NCBI GenBank assembly: GCA_015055815.1
Contig: SVHM01000004.1
Coordinates: 12,025 to 76,024 of the forward strand
Direction of reading: 5' to 3'
From: Clostridiales bacterium
GTDB lineage: Bacteria > Bacillota > Clostridia > Christensenellales > UBA1242
DNA: 64,000 nucleotides
Below the pieces are notes generated by a model that was not told the origin of the DNA, did not search any database, and saw only the letters and a list, made by a program, of their open reading frames with translations. The first letter of the stretch is position 1. The number at the start of each line of letters is the position of its first letter. The position numbers and the translations under genes were made by a program. Of this stretch, positions 48,155-58,354 are shown piece by piece.

Positions 48155-50521
48155 TTATTCTGCTTTTAGGTGAATATCATGTTTTTCAAATGTATCAATT
48201 ACAGCCTTATGAAATTCTTCAATTTCAGCACTTGATAAAGTGTGGTCAAAGCTTGTTACTTGATATCTAATCGTATAACTCTTTGTCTTATTTTCTTTGT
48301 TTTCATATATATCTACAAGATTAAATTTATAAGATAAATCTGTTCTTACTAAACCACCAACACTTTCTATCTTACTATACAAATCATCTTCATCAAGCAA
48401 GAAGTTAAAATCAAGTGTTGTAACAGGATATCTTGACACCCTCTCAACCTTATATTCTTGTGACGAAATTTTATTAATCTCATTTAGATAAAGCTCAACT
48501 AAAATAATATTTTTATTACTATCTATTTTTCTTTGAACTTTTGGTGAAAGTATACCAATTTCTCCAACAATCTCTGTACCACTGACAACAATATAGTGGT
48601 TTTTGTCAATAAGATATGGTTTTTCTGGACAATTATGTTTGAAAGCCACTGGTATTTTTAATACATATTCAAATAAATAATGTATACAATCTTTCATATC
48701 AAGAAGTTGTTTTTGAGTGTCTGTTCTAGCAAAAATTTTTGCCATACCAAGAGCCTTTTCTTCAACAGCCAAATTGTCTTTCATTCCTGTAACAATATGA
48801 CCAATTTCAAACACACCACAACCATCTTCAAAATTCTTATTTTGTGCAATTGCTCTAATCATTGTAGGAAGCATTGTACTTCTCAAATCATCATTGTCTT
48901 TTTGTAAAGAATTAATAAGTCTAATATGCGAAACAGTCTCAATTCCAAGTTCTTTATTTTCTTCAGCATTCTCCCAAAGATAGCTGTGAATTTCATGGAA
49001 ATTAAATCTATCGGCAAGAGTAAATTTAAGAGAATAATCTCTTTCAACATCAACACTTAATTTTGTAGGAGTTACAGGTTGTTTAGATGGAAGGCTAACC
49101 ATATTATCATAACCATAAACTCTAGTAATTTCTTCGACTATGTCTGCCTTTACAGAAATATCTTTTGTCGCTCTCCAAGTAGGAACATCAATAGTCAAAG
49201 TTTCACCATTTTGAGAAACACCAAAGCCAAGAGATTCAAGTATAGAAACCATTCTATCTATTCCAATTTCTATTCCGGTATATCTATCAATAAAACCTTT
49301 AGTAATTTCAATAGTTATATGTTTATATTTGTTTACATATATGTCAGTAATACTACTTGTAACTTTTATATTTTCATCAATATTTTTAAGTAAATAAATA
49401 TATCTAAGTAGTGCAGTCATTGTCATTTCTGGGTCAAGACTTTTTTCGTATCTAGCGCTAGACTCACTTCTAAGACCCAAAGCAGTTGCCGTCTTTCTAA
49501 TCTTAACAGCATCAAAGTTCGCACTTTCCAAAACGGTACTATTAGTATTATCTTCAATCTCACTAGATAGTCCACCCATAACACCAGCAATAGCACCTAT
49601 TTCACTATTAAGGTCTATTACCATTGTATCTTTTGGAAGAACTCTTTCAGTTTCATCTAGAGTAGTAAACTGGGTGTCTTCTTTTACATTTCTTACTTTA
49701 ATAGCTTGTACTTTATCTCCATTAAAACTATGCATTGGTTGACCAAGTTCAAGCATAATATAGTTAGTCAAGTCAGCAAGAAGTGAAATAGCTCTCATAC
49801 CACAATAATATAATCTTACTTGCATTTCCATTGGGCTTACATTTTTTGAAACATTTTCAATTCTTACTGCAGAATATCTATTACATGTATCACTTTCAAC
49901 TTCAACATTAATTGCTGGTAAACTAGCATAATTCCCGTTATCTACAACATATTCTTTTAACTTTCTACCAGTAATTGCAGATATCTCTCTAGCGATACCA
50001 TAATGTCCCCACATATCTGGTCTATTGGTTAGAGATTTATTATCCACTTCAATTATCGTATCTTCAATGGGTAAAATTTCTTTGATATCTACACCAATTG
50101 GTGTATCTTCAGCAAATTCTATTATTCCGCTATTATCGTCAGATATGCCTAATTCTTTTGCACTACAACACATACCATAGCTTTCATATCCGCCAACAAC
50201 CGCTTTATTAATTTCAACTTCTCCTACCTTACCACCAATTGTAGCAAGAGCAGTGATAAGTCCAACCCTAACATTTGGAGCACCACACACGATATCCAAG
50301 ACTTCTTTACCAGTATTAACTTTTAGTAAATGTAATTTTTTGCTATTTGGATGATTTTCAACACTTTCAATCCTTGCCGTTATTACTTTTGAAATATCTT
50401 TACCTTTGTAAACAACATCTTCAACTTCTGCACATGAAAGAGTAAATTTATTTACAATATCTTCAACTTTTAAACCATCTAAGTCAACAAAATCTTTTAT
50501 CCAATTTAATGAAATATACAT
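48155..50521 (-). CDS. pheT: Phenylalanine-tRNA ligase beta subunit
   Basis: HPNSKKL, VCGAPN, NRPD, ELGQPMH, EEITRVYGY, SRYP. Confidence 0.97.
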   Translation of the reverse strand: MYISLNWIKDFVDLDGLKVEDIVNKFTLSCAEVEDVVYKGKDISKVITARIESVENHPNSKKLHLLKVNTGKEVLDIVCGAPNVRVGLITALATIGGKVGEVEINKAVVGGYESYGMCCSAKELGISDDNSGIIEFAEDTPIGVDIKEILPIEDTIIEVDNKSLTNRPDMWGHYGIAREISAITGRKLKEYVVDNGNYASLPAINVEVESDTCNRYSAVRIENVSKNVSPMEMQVRLYYCGMRAISLLADLTNYIMLELGQPMHSFNGDKVQAIKVRNVKEDTQFTTLDETERVLPKDTMVIDLNSEIGAIAGVMGGLSSEIEDNTNSTVLESANFDAVKIRKTATALGLRSESSARYEKSLDPEMTMTALLRYIYLLKNIDENIKVTSSITDIYVNKYKHITIEITKGFIDRYTGIEIGIDRMVSILESLGFGVSQNGETLTIDVPTWRATKDISVKADIVEEITRVYGYDNMVSLPSKQPVTPTKLSVDVERDYSLKFTLADRFNFHEIHSYLWENAEENKELGIETVSHIRLINSLQKDNDDLRSTMLPTMIRAIAQNKNFEDGCGVFEIGHIVTGMKDNLAVEEKALGMAKIFARTDTQKQLLDMKDCIHYLFEYVLKIPVAFKHNCPEKPYLIDKNHYIVVSGTEIVGEIGILSPKVQRKIDSNKNIILVELYLNEINKISSQEYKVERVSRYPVTTLDFNFLLDEDDLYSKIESVGGLVRTDLSYKFNLVDIYENKENKTKSYTIRYQVTSFDHTLSSAEIEEFHKAVIDTFEKHDIHLKAE

Positions 50522-50532
50522 AATATACCCCC

Positions 50533-51558
50533 TTATTTAACCTTTGTTTGACTAAGCACATTTAAGTCTTTACCGTTTAAATGTCTTATATCATCAAATC
50601 CATACGTCATCATTACAAGTCTACTAAGCCCAAGTCCAAACGCAAATCCCTGATACTCATTAGGGTCAATTCCACCCATTTCAAGAACATTTGGATGTAT
50701 CATACCACATGGGCAAAGTTCAATCCATCCACTATTTTTACATACCCTACAACCCTTGCCACCACAATAAGGACAAGAAGAGTCAAGTTCAAATCCCGGC
50801 TCAACGAATGGGAAAAAGCCTGGTCTAAGTCTTACATTTACTTCTTTTCCAAAAACTTCTGAAAGCATAGTTTTCATAAAATAAATAAGATTACTAATAG
50901 ATACATCTTTATCTATCATCATACCTTCCATTTGGAAGAATGTATTTTCATGACTTGCATCAAGTTCTTCATTTCTAAAACAACGTCCAGGGAAAATTGC
51001 TTTAAGGGGAGCACCATATTTTTTCATAATTCTATTCTGACTAGCCGATGTATGTGTTTTCAATACTTGACCATTACTCAAATAGAATGTGTCTTGCATG
51101 TCTCTTGCTGGGTGATGCTTTGGAATATTTACCGCTTCAAAGTTGTTGTATTCAGTCTCAACTTCGTTACCATCTTCAACAGTAAAGCCCATGCTTCTAA
51201 AAATATCAATAAGCTTCTGTTGAACAATAGTCACAGGATGTAAACTACCCCTTTTATCTCCACTAGGCGTCGTCAAATCTACATTTGGCATCTTATCAAT
51301 TTCAGCACGAATTTCCTTTTCTTCTAAATATTCTTTCTTTTCTTCTATTCTTTCTAATACTAATGTTTTTAGTTTATTAACATTCTCACCAAACGACTTT
51401 TTCTCTTCATTTGACAAGTCTTTAATAAGCTTCATGCAAGTTGTCAAATGACCATTTTTACCCAAAAAATCCACCCTAATAGCATTTAACTCATTAAGGT
51501 CATTTACGCTTGTTATTCTTTCTTCAAATAACTCTTTAATATTTTCTAATTCGTTCAT
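50533..51558 (-). CDS. pheS: Phenylalanine-tRNA ligase alpha subunit
   Basis: HPARDMQDTF, THTS, FFPFVEP, CGMIHPNV, GFAFGLG. Confidence 0.98.
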   Translation of the reverse strand: MNELENIKELFEERITSVNDLNELNAIRVDFLGKNGHLTTCMKLIKDLSNEEKKSFGENVNKLKTLVLERIEEKKEYLEEKEIRAEIDKMPNVDLTTPSGDKRGSLHPVTIVQQKLIDIFRSMGFTVEDGNEVETEYNNFEAVNIPKHHPARDMQDTFYLSNGQVLKTHTSASQNRIMKKYGAPLKAIFPGRCFRNEELDASHENTFFQMEGMMIDKDVSISNLIYFMKTMLSEVFGKEVNVRLRPGFFPFVEPGFELDSSCPYCGGKGCRVCKNSGWIELCPCGMIHPNVLEMGGIDPNEYQGFAFGLGLSRLVMMTYGFDDIRHLNGKDLNVLSQTKVK

Positions 51559-51574
51559 ACATTCTCCTTTTCAA

Positions 51575-51825
51575 TCAAAAAAGCCCTATGGCAATGCCAT
51601 AGGGACGTTAATATTAAACGTGGTACCACCCTAATTCGAAAGATAAACTTTCCTTAATTCAACTTATATAACGTCAAGCCACTCCGTCTGGTCATTTCCT
51701 ACCAGCAACTCCGATATGCGAAATTCAATTAGAACTTGAACTATGTGTTTACTCTCAGCGCACCCAAAACACTCTCTGTTTAGTAATTTTCTAATCTACT
51801 ATAATATCATCATAGTCTTTATAAC
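51575..51825 (-). ncRNA. T-box riboswitch leader of pheST
   Basis: Minus strand: AGAGAG and GCTGAGAG stem I motifs, candidate UUC specifier (51720-51722), T-box AATTAGGGTGGTACCACG, terminator CCCTATGGCA/TGCCATAGGG followed by a T-run. Confidence 0.92.
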
Positions 51826-51832
51826 TGCGTTT

Positions 51833-51861
51833 AGTTTAGCACAACTAAAATTAGTTGTCAA
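51833..51861 (-). promoter_or_regulatory. Sigma-A promoter of the pheST leader
   Basis: TTGACA-17-TAAACT with extended TG. Confidence 0.75.
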
Positions 51862-51895
51862 TTGTTATCTGACTTATTTTTAATCTTTAAATATC

Positions 51896-53566
51896 CTACA
51901 TCATTTCAGGAGCATTAATACCCAAAAGGTTTAACCCAGTTTTTAAAACTTCTTTCACCTTTTCTACAAGTCTTAATCGATAATTATTTACTCTATTTTC
52001 ATCTATAATTCTATAGTTGTTATAGAACTTATTAAATAAACTACAAAGGTTAAGTAAATATCTACTAATATAACATGGCTCATAGTCGGTCGCACTATCT
52101 ATAATAGTTTTTTCAAAGCTATTTAGATGTTTAACTATTTCAAATGTGTCTATGTTATCAATATCATCTTCTTTTCCAAAAACATCCATTCCCTTACACT
52201 TGTTCACAATGCTATTACATCTAGCATAAGTATATTGAATATATGGGCTTGTCTCCCCATCAAAATTTAAACTAGCTTCCAAATCAAACACACAGTCTTT
52301 AAGCCTTTCTGTTTTTAAAACACCAAACTTAATAGCACCAATACCTATGTCTTTAGATAATTTTTCAACATCTTCGGTTTTTGTTCCCCTTGTTGTAATT
52401 ATCTCTCTTGCTTTATTAATAGACAAGTCAAGCATATCTTTAACCAATGCTTGTTTTCCAAATCTACTACCGATTTTACCTGTTGGCAAGCTATATGTTC
52501 CATATGATACATGTTTTAAATTTTTAGCATAATCTTTACCCATAAGTTCAAGAACTTTAAACCATCTAGCAAAATGTAAATTTTGTTGAACTGACGTTAC
52601 ATATATACCCAAATCAAATTTGTATGTATCATATCTATCAATAGCGGTAGCCAAATCTCTTGTAGCATAAAGGCTTCCACCATCACTTTTAACTATCATG
52701 CAAGCACCGAGTTTATGTTCTTCTAAATCAACAATTTGTGCTCCTTCACTAGTTTTAAGCAAGCCTTTTTCTTTTAGTTCATCAATTACAGGTTGCATTT
52801 TGTCATTGTAATATGCTTCGCCACGCCAACTATCAAAATAAATTTGAAGAATGTCACAAAGCCTTTTTGCTTCCGTAATTGAAACAGAAATTATCTTATC
52901 ATAAATTCTCTTTGCTTCACTTTCATTATTTTCAATTTTTAAAGACCAATTTCTAGCATCAGTTATTAAACTTTCATCATTTTCACACTCTACATTAAAT
53001 TTAACGTAAAGACCTTGAACATAATCTACACCAAGCTTTTCAATATCGTCTTCATTTCCCCATCTTTTAATGGCTGTAATCATCTTACCAAATGGAGTAC
53101 CATAATCGCCGACATAGTTTAGCCTTTTTACAGTATAACCAAGGAATTCATATATATTTGAAATTACCGAACCTATAACAGTTGTTGAAAGATGTCCGAT
53201 ATGCATATATTTAGCCAAATTAAGACTGCTAAAATCTACAAAAACTGTTTTGCCATTTTTTTCTTTTTCTTTCGTTTCAATATTATCTACAACTAAATTA
53301 AAAACAACTTTTTTATTTAAGAAAAAATTCACATAACCATTAACATTTTCTACTTTCTCAAAAACATCACCAGTGCAATTTGCTACAACATTATCTGCAA
53401 TAACCATTGGATTTTGTCTTAGTGTTTTTGCAAGAGCGAAACAAGGAAGCGCAATATCCCCATTACTTACATCTGCGTTAAATTTAAGTAAATCAAATAA
53501 ATTATCTACATCTTTTAAAATCTCTATATTTTTGATACTATCAAAAACTATACTTCTTAAATCCAT
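51896..53566 (-). CDS. argS: Arginine-tRNA ligase
   Basis: FSSLNLAKYMHIGH, GDYG, YATRDLA, GETSPYIQYTYAR, APEMM C-terminus. Confidence 0.97.
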   Translation of the reverse strand: MDLRSIVFDSIKNIEILKDVDNLFDLLKFNADVSNGDIALPCFALAKTLRQNPMVIADNVVANCTGDVFEKVENVNGYVNFFLNKKVVFNLVVDNIETKEKEKNGKTVFVDFSSLNLAKYMHIGHLSTTVIGSVISNIYEFLGYTVKRLNYVGDYGTPFGKMITAIKRWGNEDDIEKLGVDYVQGLYVKFNVECENDESLITDARNWSLKIENNESEAKRIYDKIISVSITEAKRLCDILQIYFDSWRGEAYYNDKMQPVIDELKEKGLLKTSEGAQIVDLEEHKLGACMIVKSDGGSLYATRDLATAIDRYDTYKFDLGIYVTSVQQNLHFARWFKVLELMGKDYAKNLKHVSYGTYSLPTGKIGSRFGKQALVKDMLDLSINKAREIITTRGTKTEDVEKLSKDIGIGAIKFGVLKTERLKDCVFDLEASLNFDGETSPYIQYTYARCNSIVNKCKGMDVFGKEDDIDNIDTFEIVKHLNSFEKTIIDSATDYEPCYISRYLLNLCSLFNKFYNNYRIIDENRVNNYRLRLVEKVKEVLKTGLNLLGINAPEMM

Positions 53567-54196
53567 TTATTCCCCCAAATAATGCCCTATATTATAATCT
53601 AACTCTTCCTTGGAACAATTGCTTCCATGTCCAGGATAAATTGTCTCTACGCCTTCGCTAAGTTCATCTTTAATTCGCCTTAGTGAAATTTTCAATTGTT
53701 GTTCATCTCCACTAAACAAATCAAATCTACCAACACCAACTTTAAACACTGTATCGCCAGTAAATAAATTATTATCAATTAAAAAACAACTACTATCTGC
53801 AGTATGCCCAGCAGTGTTATAACATTTAACTAAAATATCACCAATTTGAATTTCATCTCCGTCTTTAAATGTTTTAATACCCTTTTTAGTTTTTATCTTC
53901 ATTGGCACATCCATAATAGACATATTTTCATTCTCATTATATAAACTAGACTTACCACTTTTATGAATATAAACTGGGCACATATATTTTTTTATTAAAT
54001 TATCAAGCTCTTGAATATGGTCAAAGTGACAATGGGTAAGAAAAATAGCGTTGATTTTATCACCGTCACACAACTTCAAGTTTTCTTCCACTTGAGAAAC
54101 ATATGCACTACCATCAATCAGTATTGAACTTTCGCCTACTGACACAATATAGTTATTCTGACCAAATTTTTCACTAATAATCTTTAAAATTTTCAT
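53567..54196 (-). CDS. MBL-fold metallo-hydrolase (glyoxalase II-like)
   Basis: THCHFDH, GHT, FTGD, PGHG. Confidence 0.9.
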   Translation of the reverse strand: MKILKIISEKFGQNNYIVSVGESSILIDGSAYVSQVEENLKLCDGDKINAIFLTHCHFDHIQELDNLIKKYMCPVYIHKSGKSSLYNENENMSIMDVPMKIKTKKGIKTFKDGDEIQIGDILVKCYNTAGHTADSSCFLIDNNLFTGDTVFKVGVGRFDLFSGDEQQLKISLRRIKDELSEGVETIYPGHGSNCSKEELDYNIGHYLGE

Positions 54197-54428
54197 ACAT
54201 TTTCTCCCTAATTGCTAATTATTTTAGCACATTTTTTTTCAATTGACAACAATTAATATAAACCTGCATAATTTATTAAGTACAAGCATATGTTATCATA
54301 TACAGCATTGTATTTTTTACTTTTAATTTGTCAAGTAAATTGTTAAATTTTTATGTATTACTTTACTTGACATCATTCGACAAAAAATATATAATTAATT
54401 AACAACATTTTTTAATAAGGAGAATATT

Positions 54429-54641
54429 ATGGCAAGTACAAAAAGATATTTTGGTTTAAGCTGGATTGTTTGTGTAATTTTAGCAATCATTCCAGTAACT
54501 AGCATCATTTGTGGTATTGTTACAAGAGTACAAAGAGGACATGTTTTAGGAGCTATCCTTAACTTCATTCTATGCCCAATTTTCTACATCATTGACATAG
54601 TAACAATGCTACTATCTAAAGACATTACCTTTTTGGCATAA
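54429..54641 (+). CDS. Small membrane protein (70 aa)
   Basis: Strong TAAGGAG RBS; two hydrophobic segments; terminator AAAAAATTCCCA/TGGGAATTTTTT follows. Confidence 0.85.
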   Translation: MASTKRYFGLSWIVCVILAIIPVTSIICGIVTRVQRGHVLGAILNFILCPIFYIIDIVTMLLSKDITFLA

Positions 54642-54742
54642 TAAAAAATTCCCAGTTGGGAATTTTTTTAATACATAATATCAACTAATAAAATAATATC
54701 AACAAATAAAAACTCCAGAATTTACATATTTTCTGGAGTTTT

Positions 54743-56017
54743 TTATAGATAAATATACATAAATAAATCTTCCACCATGCCTAGCATACCACAAACAACT
54801 AAAGGTATAATAAATGCCTTAGTTAAAGCCAATGGATATTCTTTCTTAAACTCTTTTAGCATAAATACAAGTGTTAAAACAAAAATTGTCACACCAACAA
54901 TACCCATTTGGTACAAACTAGATATATATATGTTATGTGTACTTTCTCCACCTATTTGTCCAGTCCCCAACCCCATGCCAAATATCAAAGATATAGGATA
55001 CTGAAATAAATATTTAAGATAGGTTATCCATAATCCCGAACGATGAGTTGTTAACTGATCGAGCACTTCTTCACTTGTCTCACCAACCCCATCTCCAACA
55101 TCAAAAAACCTAGTTATATAAGTCGTTACCAAATCACTTTTAAATAGAGAAAATAACAATGCAATTATACTAATTACTGCTAGAACAGCCAATCCATAAA
55201 TCGGATATTTCTTTAATAGGAACACGCATAAACACAATATCATAACACAAAGTAAAAGTAAAAAAGTTTTAGAAAAAGTTGAAACCCCGACTATTGTAAA
55301 AACTACTAAACTAAAAATCTCCACCCAAGATATTTTATTGCTATTAGACAACATAAAATATAAAACCAACGACAAACATATTTCACATATCATAGCAAGA
55401 ATATTAGGATTTCCAAGCAGTGCTTGAAATCTAATAAAATCATCTAAATAAAATAACACAATAGTTTCTTGTAAATAATCGGAAATAAAATATGTAGAGA
55501 AACACATTATTGAAATAAGTAATGAAAGCGCTAAAATGTTTACATTAATTTTAATTCTAAATTCTCTAGGATATTTAGTCATAAGATAAGCAACTAATAC
55601 AAGCCCAACAATTACAACAAACTTAATAATTTTGTTGTCGTTATACTCACCAAACGGAAGGAGAAGATAAATAATAAATAACACAAAACAAATAGCAAAT
55701 TTTTTATCAATTGGCTTTTTATCAACTACAATCATTTTGACATAGCCTTTAATCATAAATACCACAACAGAAAATATAAATAAAAATCCGCTAATATCTC
55801 CGCCAACTAAACAAAAAGGAATAGAATACACTAAATAAGTAAAGCCATTATCCAATTCACTTAAAAAAACAATTACCAATAAAAAAGTGAATGTCACGTA
55901 CGACATTTCACCCCAAAAACAGTTTAGGAAAAAAAGAATTGTCAATATCATTAAGTTATAAAACAATTCATTGTTTAAATATCTATCCTTTAAACTTACA
56001 TTTCCTACACTTTTCAT
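54743..56017 (-). CDS. O-antigen ligase/Wzy_C-family membrane protein
   Basis: RFQALLGNPN, TFSKT, TTHRSGLW, IFGMG, HNIYI; many TM helices. Confidence 0.85.
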   Translation of the reverse strand: MKSVGNVSLKDRYLNNELFYNLMILTILFFLNCFWGEMSYVTFTFLLVIVFLSELDNGFTYLVYSIPFCLVGGDISGFLFIFSVVVFMIKGYVKMIVVDKKPIDKKFAICFVLFIIYLLLPFGEYNDNKIIKFVVIVGLVLVAYLMTKYPREFRIKINVNILALSLLISIMCFSTYFISDYLQETIVLFYLDDFIRFQALLGNPNILAMICEICLSLVLYFMLSNSNKISWVEIFSLVVFTIVGVSTFSKTFLLLLCVMILCLCVFLLKKYPIYGLAVLAVISIIALLFSLFKSDLVTTYITRFFDVGDGVGETSEEVLDQLTTHRSGLWITYLKYLFQYPISLIFGMGLGTGQIGGESTHNIYISSLYQMGIVGVTIFVLTLVFMLKEFKKEYPLALTKAFIIPLVVCGMLGMVEDLFMYIYL

Positions 56018-56039
56018 AAATTTAAAATTTCTCTACCAA

Positions 56040-56741
56040 CTATTCTTTTATAGCACCAAATCTCCTATCACGACCTTGGAACTCATACAAAGCTTCTTTC
56101 AAATGCTTCTTAGAAAAAGCAGGCCAATGACAACTTGGGAAATATAGTTCAGCATAAGCCACCTGCCAAAGCATAAAGTTACTAAGTCTATACTCACCAC
56201 TAGTTCTAATAAGCAAATCTAAAGGAGCTTGCCCTGCAGTATATAAGTGATTTGCAATAGTTTCTCTATCAACTTCTTTTATACCTTCAGAAATAATATC
56301 ATTTACCGCCTTAACAAGTTCATCTTGTCCACTGTAGTTAATACCAAGATTTAATGTAAACTTGGTATTTTTCTTAGTTCTTTCCATTAAAGCAGAACCT
56401 TTCTTTTGTATATCGTCACCAAACTTGCCAAAATCACCCATAAAGTTAATCCTAACTTCTGGATATTTTTTCTCCATATCTCCATCTACCATCTTTTTAA
56501 AAAGTTTTCTTAAATAATCAACTTCTTTTTCGGGTCTGTTCCAATTTTCAGTAGAAAAACAATATACAGAAACGCTCTGAATACCATATTTATAAAAACA
56601 TTCTTTTACAATTCTTTCTAAATTACTAAACCCAGCCTTGTGACCCATTGACCTAGTAAGCCCTTTAGCTTTTGCCCACCTACCATTTCCGTCAATTATA
56701 AGCCCTAAGTGCTTAGGCACTTTTATCAATTCTTTTTTCAT
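56040..56741 (-). CDS. uppS: Undecaprenyl diphosphate synthase
   Basis: IDGNGRWA, FSTENWNRP, IRTSGEYRLSNF, RRFG; GGAG RBS before MKKELIK. Confidence 0.96.
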   Translation of the reverse strand: MKKELIKVPKHLGLIIDGNGRWAKAKGLTRSMGHKAGFSNLERIVKECFYKYGIQSVSVYCFSTENWNRPEKEVDYLRKLFKKMVDGDMEKKYPEVRINFMGDFGKFGDDIQKKGSALMERTKKNTKFTLNLGINYSGQDELVKAVNDIISEGIKEVDRETIANHLYTAGQAPLDLLIRTSGEYRLSNFMLWQVAYAELYFPSCHWPAFSKKHLKEALYEFQGRDRRFGAIKE

Positions 56742-56800
56742 AAAATAACTCCAAATTGTTTGTCTCAAGATTATATCAAATAGAATTGTGCTTGTCAATG

Positions 56801-58354
56801 TTATTGATTTGTACTTTTATCTTTCTTTTTCAACATACCTTTCAACATATTTTTACCCATTGTTAACAATTCTCTAAATTCTTTAGTTGGTAAATACATA
56901 AGCACAAGTAACCCACCAGACAATAAAATACATACAGCAAATTTAACAATTAACCATAATATTCCACCATCAGGAATAAACGAACAAACGAAGTATGTAA
57001 TAACACAAGCAACTATCATAATTAGGAAATCAAATAAAAAACATTTATAATATGAAACCACAGATTTTTTATAATAGTGTTTATAAACCATATATGGCCC
57101 TGCTATAAATGATGCTAACAATGTACTAAAAATAGTTCCTATTACTACACCAAACACTCCCAAATCGTTCACTAATAAAATTGAAACACCTAAATTAATA
57201 CACGCTTCTAAAATCGGTCTCCATCTATCTTGATGAAAAATACCCGCAGATTCTTTGACTATACTTACTCCCGTTAAAGTCTTTGATAGATAAAAACTAA
57301 AACAAAGAGCCAACACACTAAGTGTATCCAACATAAAAATCCCACCACCAGTCCACAATTCTATAAAAGGTTGAAATAATACAACTAAACAAATAGTTGT
57401 AAATGAAGCCAAGTAGTTAAATAATTTATTAAAAATTTTATATCTTTGAAATACATATTCTTCAGTTTGTGTTGCAATCATATTTCCAACGCTAGCAGTA
57501 ACCGCCGAAATCAATAATGCAAAAAAAGTATTGATCATTGAAATAATCATATAGTAGTTTGAATATGCACCTAATATTGCAGCACCTAAAAATGATGAAA
57601 TTATAATACTATCTGTGGAACAAACAATTACACTACCAACCTTATGCATGCTCAATGCAACCACATTTTTAATAATTTCATTTTTTGTGTCTGTATCTAA
57701 TTTTTCATTAACCACACCATTTATCTGTGGAAATAATTTTTTCGCAGACAGGTAAATCATTAATGACTCTAAAAAAGTAAACAAAATATTAACAGTAAAA
57801 AACAAATAATAATCTTTAAATATAACTAACACTAATATTTGTAATAATGTCATTCCAATAATACATACAGTTCTAATTTTATTTTCTACATCATTTCTTT
57901 CATATGCAAAAAGTAATGACCTTTTATGTGCAGAAAAATATCCAAATAAAGTATTAATTAGATACATAAAATATAGAATATAAATATTTATTGAAATAGT
58001 TAATCCATCTTTTATAAAAAATGGTAAAAAAGGCGAAATGGCAATACCTAAAACAGAAACAACTATTGAAATAGTTAAATAAAACTTTCTGTAAATTTCT
58101 TGTAATATTTTTATTTTTTTAACATCATTCTCAGCAATAGGCTTGTACATACTAAACACTATTGCTGAACCCAAACCCAATTCCGCCAAATTTAAAAAAG
58201 CAAATATGTTTGAAAATAATCCATTTAATCCTAAATATTCTACACCCATTATGTAAATTAAAATTGTACGCAAAACAAATTGTAGCACTATTTGTGTTAC
58301 AAATTTTAAAACATTAAAAAACATATTCCTTTTTATATTTGCAGTTCTATTCAT
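56801..58354 (-). CDS. Polysaccharide flippase (Wzx-like)
   Basis: LGLNGLF..LNLAELG, MYKP, many TM helices; polysaccharide cluster context. Confidence 0.88.
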   Translation of the reverse strand: MNRTANIKRNMFFNVLKFVTQIVLQFVLRTILIYIMGVEYLGLNGLFSNIFAFLNLAELGLGSAIVFSMYKPIAENDVKKIKILQEIYRKFYLTISIVVSVLGIAISPFLPFFIKDGLTISINIYILYFMYLINTLFGYFSAHKRSLLFAYERNDVENKIRTVCIIGMTLLQILVLVIFKDYYLFFTVNILFTFLESLMIYLSAKKLFPQINGVVNEKLDTDTKNEIIKNVVALSMHKVGSVIVCSTDSIIISSFLGAAILGAYSNYYMIISMINTFFALLISAVTASVGNMIATQTEEYVFQRYKIFNKLFNYLASFTTICLVVLFQPFIELWTGGGIFMLDTLSVLALCFSFYLSKTLTGVSIVKESAGIFHQDRWRPILEACINLGVSILLVNDLGVFGVVIGTIFSTLLASFIAGPYMVYKHYYKKSVVSYYKCFLFDFLIMIVACVITYFVCSFIPDGGILWLIVKFAVCILLSGGLLVLMYLPTKEFRELLTMGKNMLKGMLKKKDKSTNQ

